A stretch of DNA of 63,800 nt, the filler included, from Octopus bimaculoides (lineage: Eukaryota), in the NCBI RefSeq assembly GCF_001194135.2. It is 6 parts of 6 records of this genome, joined end to end, with 100 filler letters (N's around TTAATTAATTAA, not from the genome) between each part and the next. Parts side by side here need not be neighbours in the genome. Positions count along the whole stretch, not along the records: positions 19,850 to 36,408 come from NC_069005.1; positions 36,509 to 46,198 come from NC_068984.1; 4 more parts are not named here. The stretch is one strand, 5' to 3'. Numbering within the stretch: position 1 is the stretch's first letter; each line of letters opens with the position of its first letter. The notes under the pieces were generated by a model that ran no database searches, was not told where the DNA came from, and worked only from the letters and a program-made list of their open reading frames with translations. Shown in pieces: positions 24,612 to 36,539 of this stretch. A program made the translations under genes and the position numbers.

Positions 24612-25010
24612 GCGTAGGCGTGGCTGTGTGTCAGTTCGGGTTCAGTCCCACTGCGTGGCACGTTGGGTAAGTGTTTTCTACTATAGCCTCGGGCCGACCA
24701 AAGCCTTGTGAGTGGATATTTGGTAGACAGAAACTGAAAGAAGCCCATCGTATATATATATATATATATATATAGATATATATATATAGGTATGTATTTG
24801 TGTGTCTGTGTTTGTCCCCCACCATCGCTTGACAACCCATGTCGGTGTGTTTACGTCACCGTAACTAAGGAGTTCGGCAAAAGAGAACGATAGAATAAGT
24901 ACTAGGCTTACAAAGAATAAGTCCCAGGGGCGATTTGCTCGACTAAAGGCGGTGCTCCAGCATGGCCGCAGTCAATTGACTGAAACAATTAAAGGAATAA
25001 AAGAGTATAA
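24612..25010 (+). mobile_element. Second tRNA-derived SINE family with an internal (TA)/(TG) microsatellite; copies at 6620-6845 (-), 23313-23635 (+), 28245-28600 (-), 40470-40958 (-), 46882-47293 (+), 53065-53180 and 53590-53800 (+)
   Basis: Shared head ggcgtggctgtgtg...gggttcagtcccactgcgtggcac and tail gatagaataagtactaggc...ggcggtgctccagcatggccgcagtc. Confidence 0.8.
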
Positions 25011-25665
25011 CAGATTATCAACTCTTATAGCGGTTGTGTAACACCGAGTTATAAATGGCTTTTGAGACAATTTAAGATCAACATCTGAGGTTTATGGACA
25101 ACGTATGAAACACGGACTTTGAAACACTGGTCCCTATATCCACGCATACAACCTCTAAAAGCAGGAATAATTATTTCTAATGACCTGGCCATAAATATCT
25201 GGACACCATTTTACGAAATTGCTATCAGAGTTCTCTCCCCTATTAAAGAAATAAGCGATACAGACTCTATATTTCCCCTGCAAGGAAACAAGGATTTGGT
25301 CGCTCGACAAATAACAACCAAATCCTTCTCAAAGTAATTCATCCTGGGATTTTTTTTTAAAGAATCCTTCATACAGTCAGAATCTTTAAAAAAAGTTTCA
25401 ATAATGATGAAGTTTGACATACTGTTGATGACGAAAACGCCGGTTCGTTTTCTCAAGATATCAATAATTTCAAAAGTTACAGGTATTTAAAGTTATGGAA
25501 TTTTAGCTACTCAGAANNNNNNNNNNNNNNNNNNNNNNNNNNNNNNNNNNNNNNNNNNNNNNNNNNNNNNNNNNNNNNNNNNNNNNNNNNNNNNNNNNNN
25601 NNNNNNNNNNNNNNNNNNNNNNNNNNNNNNNNNNNNNNNNNNNNNNATATATATATATATAAATA

Positions 25666-25815
25666 AAAGGCAGAAAATGGAGAAATATCGATAACAACAA
25701 TTGACTTACGTCAATTATTAATTATTAACTCAAAACAAATAGACTGTTTTGAATTAATAAATAATAATTGATGTAAGTCAATTGTTGTTATCGATATTTT
25801 TTCATTTTATGCCTT
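25666..25815. repeat. Fold-back palindrome: arms about 72 bp, 7-nt loop
   Basis: Left arm aaaggcagaaaatggagaaatatcgataacaacaattgacttacgtcaattatt...caaaaca. Right arm tgttttg...aataattgatgtaagtcaattgttgttatcgatattttttcattttatgcctt. Confidence 0.9.
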
Positions 25816-26179
25816 CTTTAAATGTTGATTCTTGATAAACTCATGTTTATCCTTGTCTTTAGCTATAATTCATGCGCATAATATGCTTTCATATGTTTGC
25901 TCATGGTTAAACATAGGTATTATGCCTCTAGTGTAATGGATACTTCTATCCTTTAGACGGTTATTTCAACCTCTAACTCAGTTGAACTCATATATATATA
26001 TATATATTAAATTCAAATTACGATGAACGTAAACAAACAAACGAAGTTTGCTTTTAGAAGCGTTGAGATGTCTTAGAAAGTTTAAAGTGATTTTAAATTC
26101 TCAATCGTAGGATAATGCTAGTAATATAATCTGAACAGGATAAGCTACCCCTATTTTGCAGAAAAAAGTGTTGGCGGCC

Positions 26180-26216
<37 letters not shown>

Positions 26217-26466
26217 TACACACACACACAAAGGATATGAGGCGTTTAGTTCACTGGTGATCTAAATGAGTAGGTACGCTAAGTGCTATAATTGGTCATC
26301 CATTAGGTTCCAAGTTCACAGCTGAGAGTGGAGCTAGGGATCTGTATTAGACTCCCATGTTAACAGGTAGATATTATATTAGAGCAAAAAGGACAACAAA
26401 AACCAAAGCAGGACGAGTATCTCAAGTCATTTACAAATAATTTAATTGGGGTAAGGTGAATTTGGA

Positions 26467-26542
26467 GTCTTACAGCTGTTTCTGGGATACCCCAAGTGAT
26501 AGGTTAGCATATCCACACACTTTGTTTATCATCATCAGAGAC
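26467..26542 (-). ncRNA. Type I hammerhead motif, left arm (intact core)
   Basis: The minus strand reads gtct CTGATGA tgata...aagtg...cactt gggg tatccca GAAA cagctg TA agac. Stem I is gtct/agac and helix III ACAGCTGT is palindromic. The 5' strand of stem II is partly decayed. Confidence 0.7.
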
Positions 26543-27005
26543 AAGAAAGTTCTTGACAGGGAAATTTACAGTTTATAAGGAATAAAATAGAAGAGTAAAG
26601 AGTAAACGTAGATAGAAGAATACATGCAGGAGAATAAGGTTCATAGTTCAGCTTTTCCCAGAGTGTATGGAAATTGGTCCGTACTTCCATGAAAGTATAG
26701 GCCCTTAGGTATAACCTTAGGTAAATCTAGGCAGTATTTTGGATTAACCACTTAATCCATTACTTCAACATGAACGCATCATTCAAAATACTGCCTGGAT
26801 TTACCTGAGATTATACCTAAGGGCCTATACCTTCATGGAAGTATGGAACAAACTCCATACCCTCTGGAAAAAGATGAATTATGAACTTTATTCTCCTGTC
26901 TATATTCTTCTACTGTATTCTATCTACTTTTACTCTCTATTCTTCTATTTTATTCTTTATAAACAGTGAATTTCCCTGTCTAGAACCTTCATACATACTC
27001 ACCTT

Positions 27006-27081
27006 GTCTCTGATTGTGGGATATCCAGTGTACGGACATGCTAGCCTATCACTTGGAATATCCCAGAAACAGCTGTAAGAC
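27006..27081 (+). ncRNA. Type I hammerhead motif, right arm (intact stems, mutated core)
   Basis: gtct CTGATTG tgggatat...atatccca GAAA cagctg TA agac. Stem II is an 8-bp perfect pair; the core has TG in place of GA. Confidence 0.65.
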
Positions 27082-27806
27082 TCCAAATTCACCTTACCCT
27101 AATTAAATTATTCTAAATGACTTGAGATACTTGTCCTGCCTTGGTTTTATTGTCCTTTCCCTCTAATATAATATAATATAATATAATATAATATAATATA
27201 TATATATATATGTGATATACATTGTCATTTTTAAATAAATTTTTTCTCTTGTTTATGTAAACATTGAAATAAAAAAAAAAAGAAAACCCTCNNNNNNNNN
27301 NNNNNNNNNNNNNNNNNNNNNNNNNNNNNNNNNNNNNNNNNNNNNNNNNNNNNNNNNNNNNNNNNNNNNNNNNNNNNNNNNNNNNNNNNNNNNNNNNNNN
27401 NNNNNNNNNNNNNNNNNNNNNNNNNNNNNNNNNNNNNNNNNNNNNNNNNNNNNNNNNNNNNNNNNNNNNNNNNNNNNNNNNNNNNNNNNNNNAACTACTA
27501 AAAGTTTTTAGGAGGTTAGCTTTGAGAGTTGCATCCCCTTGCGATAGGTAAAAATGTGCTTATTATAGTAGTTTGACTTCTGGAGTCCCTCTTAGCGTGA
27601 GGCGTTATTGTATAGTAATGCCCTTATATAAATTAAATATATCTATAGGGAAAAATGATGGGTTTTTTTCCCTTATGAGGTTTTTCATGCTAACTACTTG
27701 ATAAATTCTTATAAAGTCTTTATCCTATTATTGAATTACTATAAAGCAGTATCCATTTTTATGCATGTATGTGTGAGTGTGAATGTATCTACATAAATAG
27801 ACAGAC

Positions 27807-27853
<47 letters not shown>

Positions 27854-28589
27854 CAACCCTGTTTGATGTTGTCTAAATTCCAATGGATGAAAATTGTTTT
27901 GTAGCCTTAGAAACTGGCTCTTTCTCCATTGATGAGAAATTAACAAAAATACTACCAAGAACCATTCATCCATTTGTCCAGCTGACTGGAAACACTGGTG
28001 TGACTCAGACTATACCAGTGGCACCTGTTGTCAACACACATTCTCTAAATGAAGTAGATTATTCCCCACAGATAGAATCTAGAAGTGAAAAGCATATACA
28101 TGTTCAACTTGGCTGAAATGTGTTAAGAAGAAACCTGTTATTATTTTCCTTCTTGCTGTTTTGCATGGTTTTAATAATGTTATGTTATATCATTTTATGT
28201 ATATATGTATATATGTATGTATGTATATATGTATGTATGTATTCATTTACTTGTTTCAGTCATTTGACTGTGGCCATGTTGGAGCACCGCCTTAAAGGGT
28301 TTTAGTTGAAGAAATTGACCCCAGAATTTATTCCTTGTAATCACACCACTTATTCTATCGGTCTCTTTTGCTGAACTGTTACGTTATGGGGACATAAACT
28401 CACCAGCATCAGTTGTCAAGCAATAGTAGGGGGACAAACGCACACACACACACACACACATACATCAATATATACATACATATATATACACGAGGGGCTA
28501 TAGTAGAATACACTTGCCTAAGATGCCATGCAGTGGGACTGAATCCGGAACCATTTAGTTGGGAAGCAATCTTCTTACCACACAGCCAT

Positions 28590-28959
28590 GCCTGTGCCTA
28601 TGTATGTATGTATGTATATATATATACACACACATACAAAAACACATATATACATACATATAGATATGCATATATACATACATGCATGCATATATATATG
28701 TACATATCTATATATACACACACACACACACACATATATTATGTGTATATATATATATATATATGCACACACACACACACACTCACACACATATATATAT
28801 ATACATGTATATATATATACACACACATATATATATACATATATATATATGCACACACATATATATACATATATATATGTACATATATATACACACATAT
28901 TTATATACATATATATATATGTACATATACACACACACACATATATATATATATATTAT

Positions 28960-29016
<57 letters not shown>

Positions 29017-29035
29017 CATACATATAACATAGAGC
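28590..29035. repeat. Compound (TA)/(CA)/(TACA) microsatellite, one of dozens in the window
   Basis: Seen directly. Other examples: 15590-15680, 20505-20590, 36130-36408 (GTG/GTA), 39135-39280 (ATT), 39490-39665 (TTC/CTC), 41906-42020 (CA), 54410-54650 and 61400-61500 (AAT). Confidence 0.95.
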
Positions 29036-29240
29036 TGACCTTAATTCCTCTTATTGTTACTCTTTACTCTGTGGACTTAGTTTTTGATAAAGATTTCAGA
29101 GTGTCGGTTGAAATCATCTGAGTACAACAACATGTTTCCAATGCTGAGCATCTTTGGATCTCATCTGTTGGTTCTCTCTCTCTCTCTCTCTCTCTGTATG
29201 TGTGTGTATGTGTGTATACATACATACATACATATATATA

Positions 29241-29474
29241 TAAAGAATAAAGAGAAAATGGAGAGGTAATTAATAAAATATTATTTATTAATTACAAAAT
29301 ATGACATCTCTGACAGCTGTTTCAATTCAGTAATCTTCAGATAATTAAAAAAAAGTTTTAAAATTATTTATCTAAAGATAACTGAATCGAAACAGCTGTC
29401 AGAGATGTTGTCATATTTTATAATTAATAAATAATAGTTTTTTAATTACCTCTCCATTTTCTCCTTATTCTTTA
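29241..29474. mobile_element. About 235-bp fold-back element with a hammerhead-like core in each arm
   Basis: Left arm on the minus strand: CTGAAGA ttactgaatt GAAA cagctg TC agagat (29306-29340). Right arm on the plus strand: CTAAAGA taactgaatc GAAA cagctg TC agagat (29372-29406). Ends gagaaaatggagaggtaattaa / ttaattacctctccattttctc. Confidence 0.82.
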
Positions 29475-30679
29475 AAAATATAAATATATGAACCACAGTT
29501 TATATGATTACCTTATAGTTGAACTTTCTATGGATTGGTAACTAACCAGTGTTTTCATTGGATTTATGATCACTTAATGAGGTTTATAACCTTTTACTTG
29601 AATGTATATATAAATATATACATATAAATATAAATATGCTGTGCATGAGAAGACCCGGCAAGACAAGTGAGACCATAACCCGTGGCCTTTACCAGAGGTG
29701 TAACCAGCCCACTTATGCGTAACTTTCCTTCTTTGGACACAAAATCCTGCTTGCGAAGACCTGTTGAGGCAAGTGAAATCGAAATCGAAATTGAACCAAA
29801 TTCATTGACTGGCACCCATGCCAACCTTCCTTCGTTGGACACTAAACTCAGCTTGCGAAGACCTGTTGGGGCAAGTGAGATCGAAACTGAACCAAATTCG
29901 ATGACTGGCACCCGTGCCAGTGGAGCGTTAACAGCACCATCCAAGCAGGATCACTGCCAGAGCAGTGGTCTTGCTTCTGTGCCAGTGGCACGTAAAAAAG
30001 CACCATTTGAGCGCGATCGTTTCCAGTTTTGTCTTACTGGCACTTGTGCCAGTGGCATGTGAACAAAACATTGGACTGACTCCTGTGCAGGTGGCATGTA
30101 AAAAACACAATTCGAGCGTGGACATTGCCAGTACTGTCTAACTGGCCCTCGTGCCGGTGGCACGTAAAAAGCGCCCACTACACTCTCGTAGTGGTTGGCA
30201 TTAGGAAGGGCATGCAGCTGTAGAAACTCTACCAGATCAGATTTGAGTCTGGTGTAGCCATCTGGTTCGCCAGTCCCCAGTCAAATCGTCCAACCCATGC
30301 TAGCATGGAAAGTGGACGTTAAATGATGATGATGATAATGATGATATATATATATATATATACACACATAATTTAGGGATCAGCANNNNNNNNNNATCGT
30401 CCAACCCATGCTAGCATGGAAAGTGGACGTTAAATGATGATGATGATAATGATGATATATATATATATATATACACACATAATTTAGGGATCAGCAAAAG
30501 TTGCTTCACCAACATACTGAAAATTTAGAAATAGCAGTTAAACTACTAATTCTACTACTACAATTATGTCTCCAACAGATAGCGATATTCACAACTCACA
30601 TAGGTAAAAGGAAGAAAAATAAACAAAACAAACCTGCCGTTAGTTAATCATGTACAACGTTTTGTGTTTAGAATATTAT

Positions 30680-31205
30680 AAAGTTTAGTGTCCAATGAAG
30701 GAAAGGTACGCATAAGTGGGCTGGTTACATCCCTGGCAGAGGCCTTGGATTTTGGTCTCACTTGGCTTGCCAGGTCTTCTCACACAGCATATTTCCAAAG
30801 GTCTCGATCAGAAGTCATTGCCTCGGTCACCTCATCCCAGGTCATCCTGGATCTACCTCTTCCACAGGTTCCCTCAATCTCTAGGGTGTAACACTTTTTC
30901 ACACAGCTATCCTCATCCATTCTTGCCACATGACCATACCAGTGCAATCATCTCTCTTGCACAACACAACTGATGCTTCTTAGGTTCAACTTTTCTCTCA
31001 AGTATGCACACTGACATTACACATCCATCGGAGCATACTGGCTTCATTCCTTGCGAGCTTACGCATGTCCTCAGCAGTCATGGCCCATGTTTCACTGCCA
31101 TGTAGCATGGCTGTTCGTACACATGCGTCATACAGTCTGCCTTTTTTCTCTGAGTGAGAGGCCCTTTGTCACCAGCAGAGGTAAGAGCTCTCTGAACTTT
31201 GCCCA
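30680..31205 (-). mobile_element. RTE LINE 3' ORF fragment and UTR, running into a gap
   Basis: The minus strand encodes WAKFRELLPLLVTKGLSLREK and LHGSETWAMTAED; the sequence is nearly the same as 12661-12820. Confidence 0.8.
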
Positions 31206-32156
31206 NNNNNNNNNNNNNNNNNNNNNNNNNNNNNNNNNNNNNNNNNNNNNNNNNNNNNNNNNNNNNNNNNNNNNNNNNNNNNNNNNNNNNNNNNNNNNNN
31301 NNNNNNNNNNNNNNNNNNNNNNNNNNNNNNNNNNNNNNNNNNNNNNNNNNNNNNNNNNNNNNNNNNNNNNNNNNNNNNNNNNNNNNNNNNNNNNNNNNNN
31401 NNNNNNNNNNNNNNNNNNNNNNNNNNNNNNNNNNNNNNNNNNNNNNNNNNNNNNNNNNNNNNNNNNNNNNNNNNNNNNNNNNNNNNNNNNNNNNNNNNNN
31501 NNNNNNNNNNNNNNNNNNNNNNNNNNNNNNNNNNNNNNNNNNNNNNNNNNNNNNNNNNNNNNNNNNNNNNNNNNNNNNNNNNNNNNNNNNNNNNNNNNNN
31601 NNNNNNNNNNNNNNNNNNNNNNNNNNNNNNNNNNNNNNNNNNNNNNNNNNNNNNNNNNNNNNNNNNNNNNNNNNNNNNNNNNNNNNNNNNNNNNNNNNNN
31701 NNNNNNNNNNNNNNNNNNNNNNNNNNNNNNNNNNNNNNNNNNNNNNNNNNNNNNNNNNNNNNNNNNNNNNNNNNNNNNNNNNNNNNNNNNNNNNNNNNNN
31801 NNNNNNNNNNNNNNNNNNNNNNNNNNNNNNNNNNNNNNNNNNNNNNNNNNNNNNNNNNNNNNNNNNNNNNNNNNNNNNNNNNNNNNNNNNNNNNNNNNNN
31901 NNNNNNNNNNNNNNNNNNNNNNNNNNNGGCACATAAAAGACACCATTTCGAGCGTGGCCGTTTTCGTGCGGGTGACACGTAAAAGCACCCACTACACTCT
32001 CTGAGTGGTTGGCGTTAGGAAGGGCATCCAGCTGTAGAAACTCTGCCAAATCAGACTGGAGCCTGGTGTTGCCATCCGGTTTCCCCAGTCCTCAGTCAAA
32101 TCGTCCAACCCATGCTAGCATGGAAAGCGGACGTTAAACGATGATGATGATGATGA

Positions 32157-32189
<33 letters not shown>

Positions 32190-32671
32190 TAGATAGATAC
32201 GTGTGTGTGAGTCATCAAAGAAACGCACACTTTGTCTGTGATGGATATTTAATATTATGCATTTTGAATACTAGATAGATAAATATAGATATACATATGC
32301 CTATATTTATGTGTTGTATACTATATACAATTATGCCTGGTAAAAGTACATATGCTTCATATACTCCACAAGTCATGAATATCGAGGCGTGTTAGTTTGA
32401 TAAGATTCTACATACCCTTTGAATGAAGTTTCTTGCTATATGTCTATCCATGGCCACCAAGATGTGTCCCTGATTTCAGCGCTCTCCTTCTGGCACTTGT
32501 GGCTCAAAAAATTAATCAACTCATGCCTGTCGTATACGGGAGAAAACAAAGAAAAAGAAGAAAATAATTAATTAATAATAAGCTTCGTAAATGCAACAAA
32601 CTGAGGTAAAACGTATATATGCATGTATACATATGTATGTTTGTGTGCATATATACATAAATACATGTATA

Positions 32672-32737
<66 letters not shown>

Positions 32738-32739
<2 letters not shown>

Positions 32740-33155
32740 TAAAATTAATGAGAGGAGAAAACAAATTCACAGGCCGATGTATATATTCAATCAATCCATA
32801 TTAATGAAATTCTCCATGGTATACAAAGTACATACATAGATGCATTCATCTGAATTTATAAATACATACATGTACACGAAAATTTATAAATGTATAAAAA
32901 TTTATACACATATAAAAATTTATAAACACATAAAAATTCATTAACATAAATATATAAAAAAATATAAGTCCATAAATGTACTTGTGAAGTGCGAATGAAG
33001 AGGATGATAAAGCGGATGTAGAATGATTCATAAGGAGTCTGGAACATGTATAAAGTCTATGTATAGAGTCTTACTGCTGTTTCGAAAAGATGTAGGTTGC
33101 TACGGGCAAGCTAACTCCAACCATAGCAATTCTCTATATTTCTCTCATCAGAGTT
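32738..33155 (-). mobile_element. PLE-type 3' end with a hammerhead motif (33066-33155) and a 330-nt tail ending at a (TATG)n/(TA)n microsatellite
   Basis: The minus strand reads act CTGATGA gagaa...ttgcta...tagcaa...ttttc GAAA cagcag TA agactc. The core is intact, stem II is long, and helix III has one mismatch to CAGCTG. Confidence 0.72.
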
Positions 33156-33674
33156 AATACAATCACAAGGTTAAAATTTTAAAAGAAATGGTGGGTTAAA
33201 TAAAAATCAAATGTTATATATATATAATATATATCACCATCAGCAGCAGCATTGACTTGTATCCAAGTCAATCTGTAGCAAGTGATTGAGCATATATATA
33301 TATATATAGCTATATATATNNNNNNNNNNNNNNNNNNNNNNNNNNNNNNNNNNNNNNNNNNNNNNNNNNNNNNNNNNNNNNNNNNNNNNNNNNNNNNNNN
33401 NNNNNNNNNNNNNNNNNNNNNGTGCGGGTGACACATGAGGTTTCTCGAGCGAGATGAGCGTGGCCATTCCCAGTACCGCCTGACTGGCTTTCGTGTGAGT
33501 GACACGTAAAAGCACCCACTACACTCTCTGAGTGGTTGGCGTTAGGAAGGGCATCCAGCTGTAGAAACACTGCCAAATCAGATTGGAGCCTGGTGTAGCC
33601 ATCTGGTTTCACCAGTCCTCAGTCAAATCGTCCAACCCATGCTAGCATGGAAAGCGGACGTTAAACGACGACGA

Positions 33675-33716
<42 letters not shown>

Positions 33717-33939
33717 TGTCAGTGCTAATTTGTATCAGAGTAGTTAATCTAGCGAGTGATTGAGTCTTTTCATCTTGATGGGTGTGAAGGGTGCTGCTAC
33801 CTGAGGTAGTTGTTCAGGCTAAGGGCAGTATAGAAAACCCAGCGGCATTGATCACAGAGAGAGAGTGGGGAGCGCAGACGAGGAAATGTGAGTCACTCTT
33901 TGCATCTTCAGTGTCTGTTATTTTCCATCTGGTCCATTC

Positions 33940-33970
<31 letters not shown>

Positions 33971-33973
<3 letters not shown>

Positions 33974-34735
33974 TTAAGGAGAAACCAGAATTTTGCAATA
34001 TTATTTTATTCACTTAGTTTTACATGTTTACACTTTTATTGTCATCAAAGTATTCTCCATTTGAAGCAATGCATGTCTAGACATGTTTTCTACTGTTTGA
34101 AGCAGTTTTGGAACTCTTGTGAAGTGATGCCTTTTAGTGCCTCCGTTGTCTTTTTCTTCACCTCTTCTACATCTGCAAGTTCCATAGCATCAGCTTTCAC
34201 CCACAGTGATGACCTTCAAAATAAAGGTCTGGATCAACTTCCAACTGCTCTGTCAGTTCACAACACACATTCAGTCCTGACTCCTTTTGATCTTCCATGA
34301 GCAAATGAGGCACAAATTTCGCTGTAACACTTTCCATTGGCAATTCCTTATTTAAAATTCATTGGCAGGGGCTCCGGGACTCACCAATCATATCAACAAG
34401 TTCATCAATTGTTTGGTGATGGTCCTCCAAAATCAGTTCATGACTTTTCATGTTTTCATTCGTTTGGGAGGTCAATGGTGGGCCTGAACAAGGTTGGTCT
34501 TCAAGCGACAAGTGACCATTCCTTAGGTGAGGAAACCACTTGTAAACTTGTGTTCTGCTCATGGAAATGTCCTTGTCAGCTGTTTGAAGCATGACAATTG
34601 TTTTGGCCTCCGTTTTCCCCAGCAGAAAACAGAATTTCACAGAAGCATCCTTCAATTTAGCTATCGCAAAAATCGATGAACAGGGGAGAAGCACTGCAAA
34701 ACAAAGGCACACCACATGGCAGTACGACGTCACCA
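33971..34735 (-). mobile_element. Decayed mariner transposon
   Basis: The minus ORF has ASVKFCFLLGKTEAKTIVMLQTA...MSRTQVYKWF...LSLEDQPCSGPP, the mariner N-terminal HTH region. Confidence 0.8.
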
Positions 34736-36539
34736 GATGATGCTGGTTGGCAGACTGATGCCATAAAAGACCATAAAAGACCCAGCCAAAACAGACACAG
34801 AAGTGCAGGCTTCTGCCTGGTCGGCTCCTGTTAAACTATTCCACCCATGTCAAACTGTCCAACTCATGCCAGCATAGAAAGAGGATGTTAAATGATGATG
34901 ATGGTCTGGGACATCTGAGTGTACAGCAACAACACCATCGCAGGTCTCCACTGTGACTTATCTGAGCTTTGTAGAGTGTTGATCATTGTTGAAGGCTGAA
35001 GTATCTTCTGGCACTGCCACTCCGTTGCTTATGACAACAAGGGTTCCACTTGATCTGATCAGCAGAACTGAATGTGCAAGTGGCTGAGCACTCCACAGAC
35101 ACGGGTACTCTTAATGTAGTTCTTGGGGAAGATTCAGTGTGAAACAGAGTGTAACAAGGCTGGCCTTTTGAAATACAGGTACTACTCATTTTTGCCAGCT
35201 AAGTAAACTGGAACAACATGAAATAGAAGTATCTTGCTCAAGGACACATGTTGCCAAATATCCTAACCATTAAACCAGTGCCTTCATGAAGTATCTTCTA
35301 GCCCTGTAAAAAAGACCTAGTCACTGAGATGAAGCCCCAGCTACATTAAAGATGTGCTTTCGTCAGAAAAGATCCTCAGCAATAATGAGACCCAACAATT
35401 TACAATTCAATTACAAAGAGAAAAAAAGGAAATCTTCTTTATCAGATACTGTTTAAACTTGATATTTCACCACTCCAAAAAAGTAGCCATAGCTGTTTGT
35501 TAGTTGAACCAGCATAGGAGCCTCTATGTAGTCACTTGATATGAGCTGAAAAGTTGAAAGGCTGACTATGAAGGAGTGATGCTAGAGCTGTGAAATCTTG
35601 CATGAATTCCAGCTCTTATTAATAACTGCATTGTTTCTTTCCAGCTAAACTGACTTCTGACCATTCAAAGAAGATTCCAAAAGTAACTAGTAGTGACTTC
35701 TGAAAATGGACAAAATTTTTCATCATGATGTTACCAACTACCTGCAGAAAAAGGGTTTAGCTCCTTAGGATATTCATGCTAATATGGATGCTTACATTAG
35801 GGGACGATGGTCCAACTTTATCAACAGTGCAAAAGTGGGCAGCTAAACACCACCGACAACTGTAGCAGCAACAATAACAACAACCGTAGCAACAACAATG
35901 TCAACAAAAAACAGGAGCAAAAATAAGAACAACAAAAATGACATCAACAACAGCGTAAACAATAGCAACAACAATAACAGCCTCAACATCATCATCATCA
36001 TCATCAACAACAAGCTCCAGCTCTCTGTTCTGTTTACTACAACCTTGCTCAGTCACATGTAACTAATGAACCGGTGGAAACCAGTTGTGAAAATATTACC
36101 CTCTGCACTGTCTATCAGATCAGTCATCTTGCAGTAACAGTAGTAACGGTGGTGGTGACTGTAGTGGTAGTAGTAGTAGTGGTGGTGGTGGTGGTGGTCG
36201 TGATGGTAGTAGTAGTAGTGGTGGTGGTAGGTGTAGTGGTGGTGGTGGTGGTGGTAGTAGTAGTAGTGGTAGTGGTGGTTGTGATGGTAGTAGTAGTAGT
36301 AGTAATAGTGGTGGTGGTGGTAGGTGTAGTGGTAGCAGTAGTAGTGGTGGTGGTGGTGGTGGTGATGGTGGTAATAATAGTAGTAGTAGTGGTGGTGGTG
36401 GTGGTGGTNNNNNNNNNNNNNNNNNNNNNNNNNNNNNNNNNNNNNNNNNNNNTTAATTAATTAANNNNNNNNNNNNNNNNNNNNNNNNNNNNNNNNNNNN
36501 NNNNNNNNATTAATTATTATTATTATTATTATTATTATT

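Larger units (their letters stand above)
26371..27174. mobile_element. About 800-bp fold-back element (arms 26371-26741 and 26784-27174) with a hammerhead motif in each arm
   Basis: The arms align in reverse complement along their length (for example ggagtcttacagctgtttctgggata / tatcccagaaacagctgtaagactcc and gtaaatctaggcagtattttg / caaaatactgcctggatttac). The right end runs into (TAATA)n/(TA)n. Confidence 0.88.

Noticed and set aside
25020-25460. CpG-containing short ORFs on both strands
   Set aside because: I translated all frames and recognised no motif. It is probably a decayed transposon, so it is left uncalled.
30285-30485. Exact direct duplication of about 100 bp either side of an 11-N gap
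   Set aside because: Identical copies across a minimal gap indicate an unmerged contig overlap.
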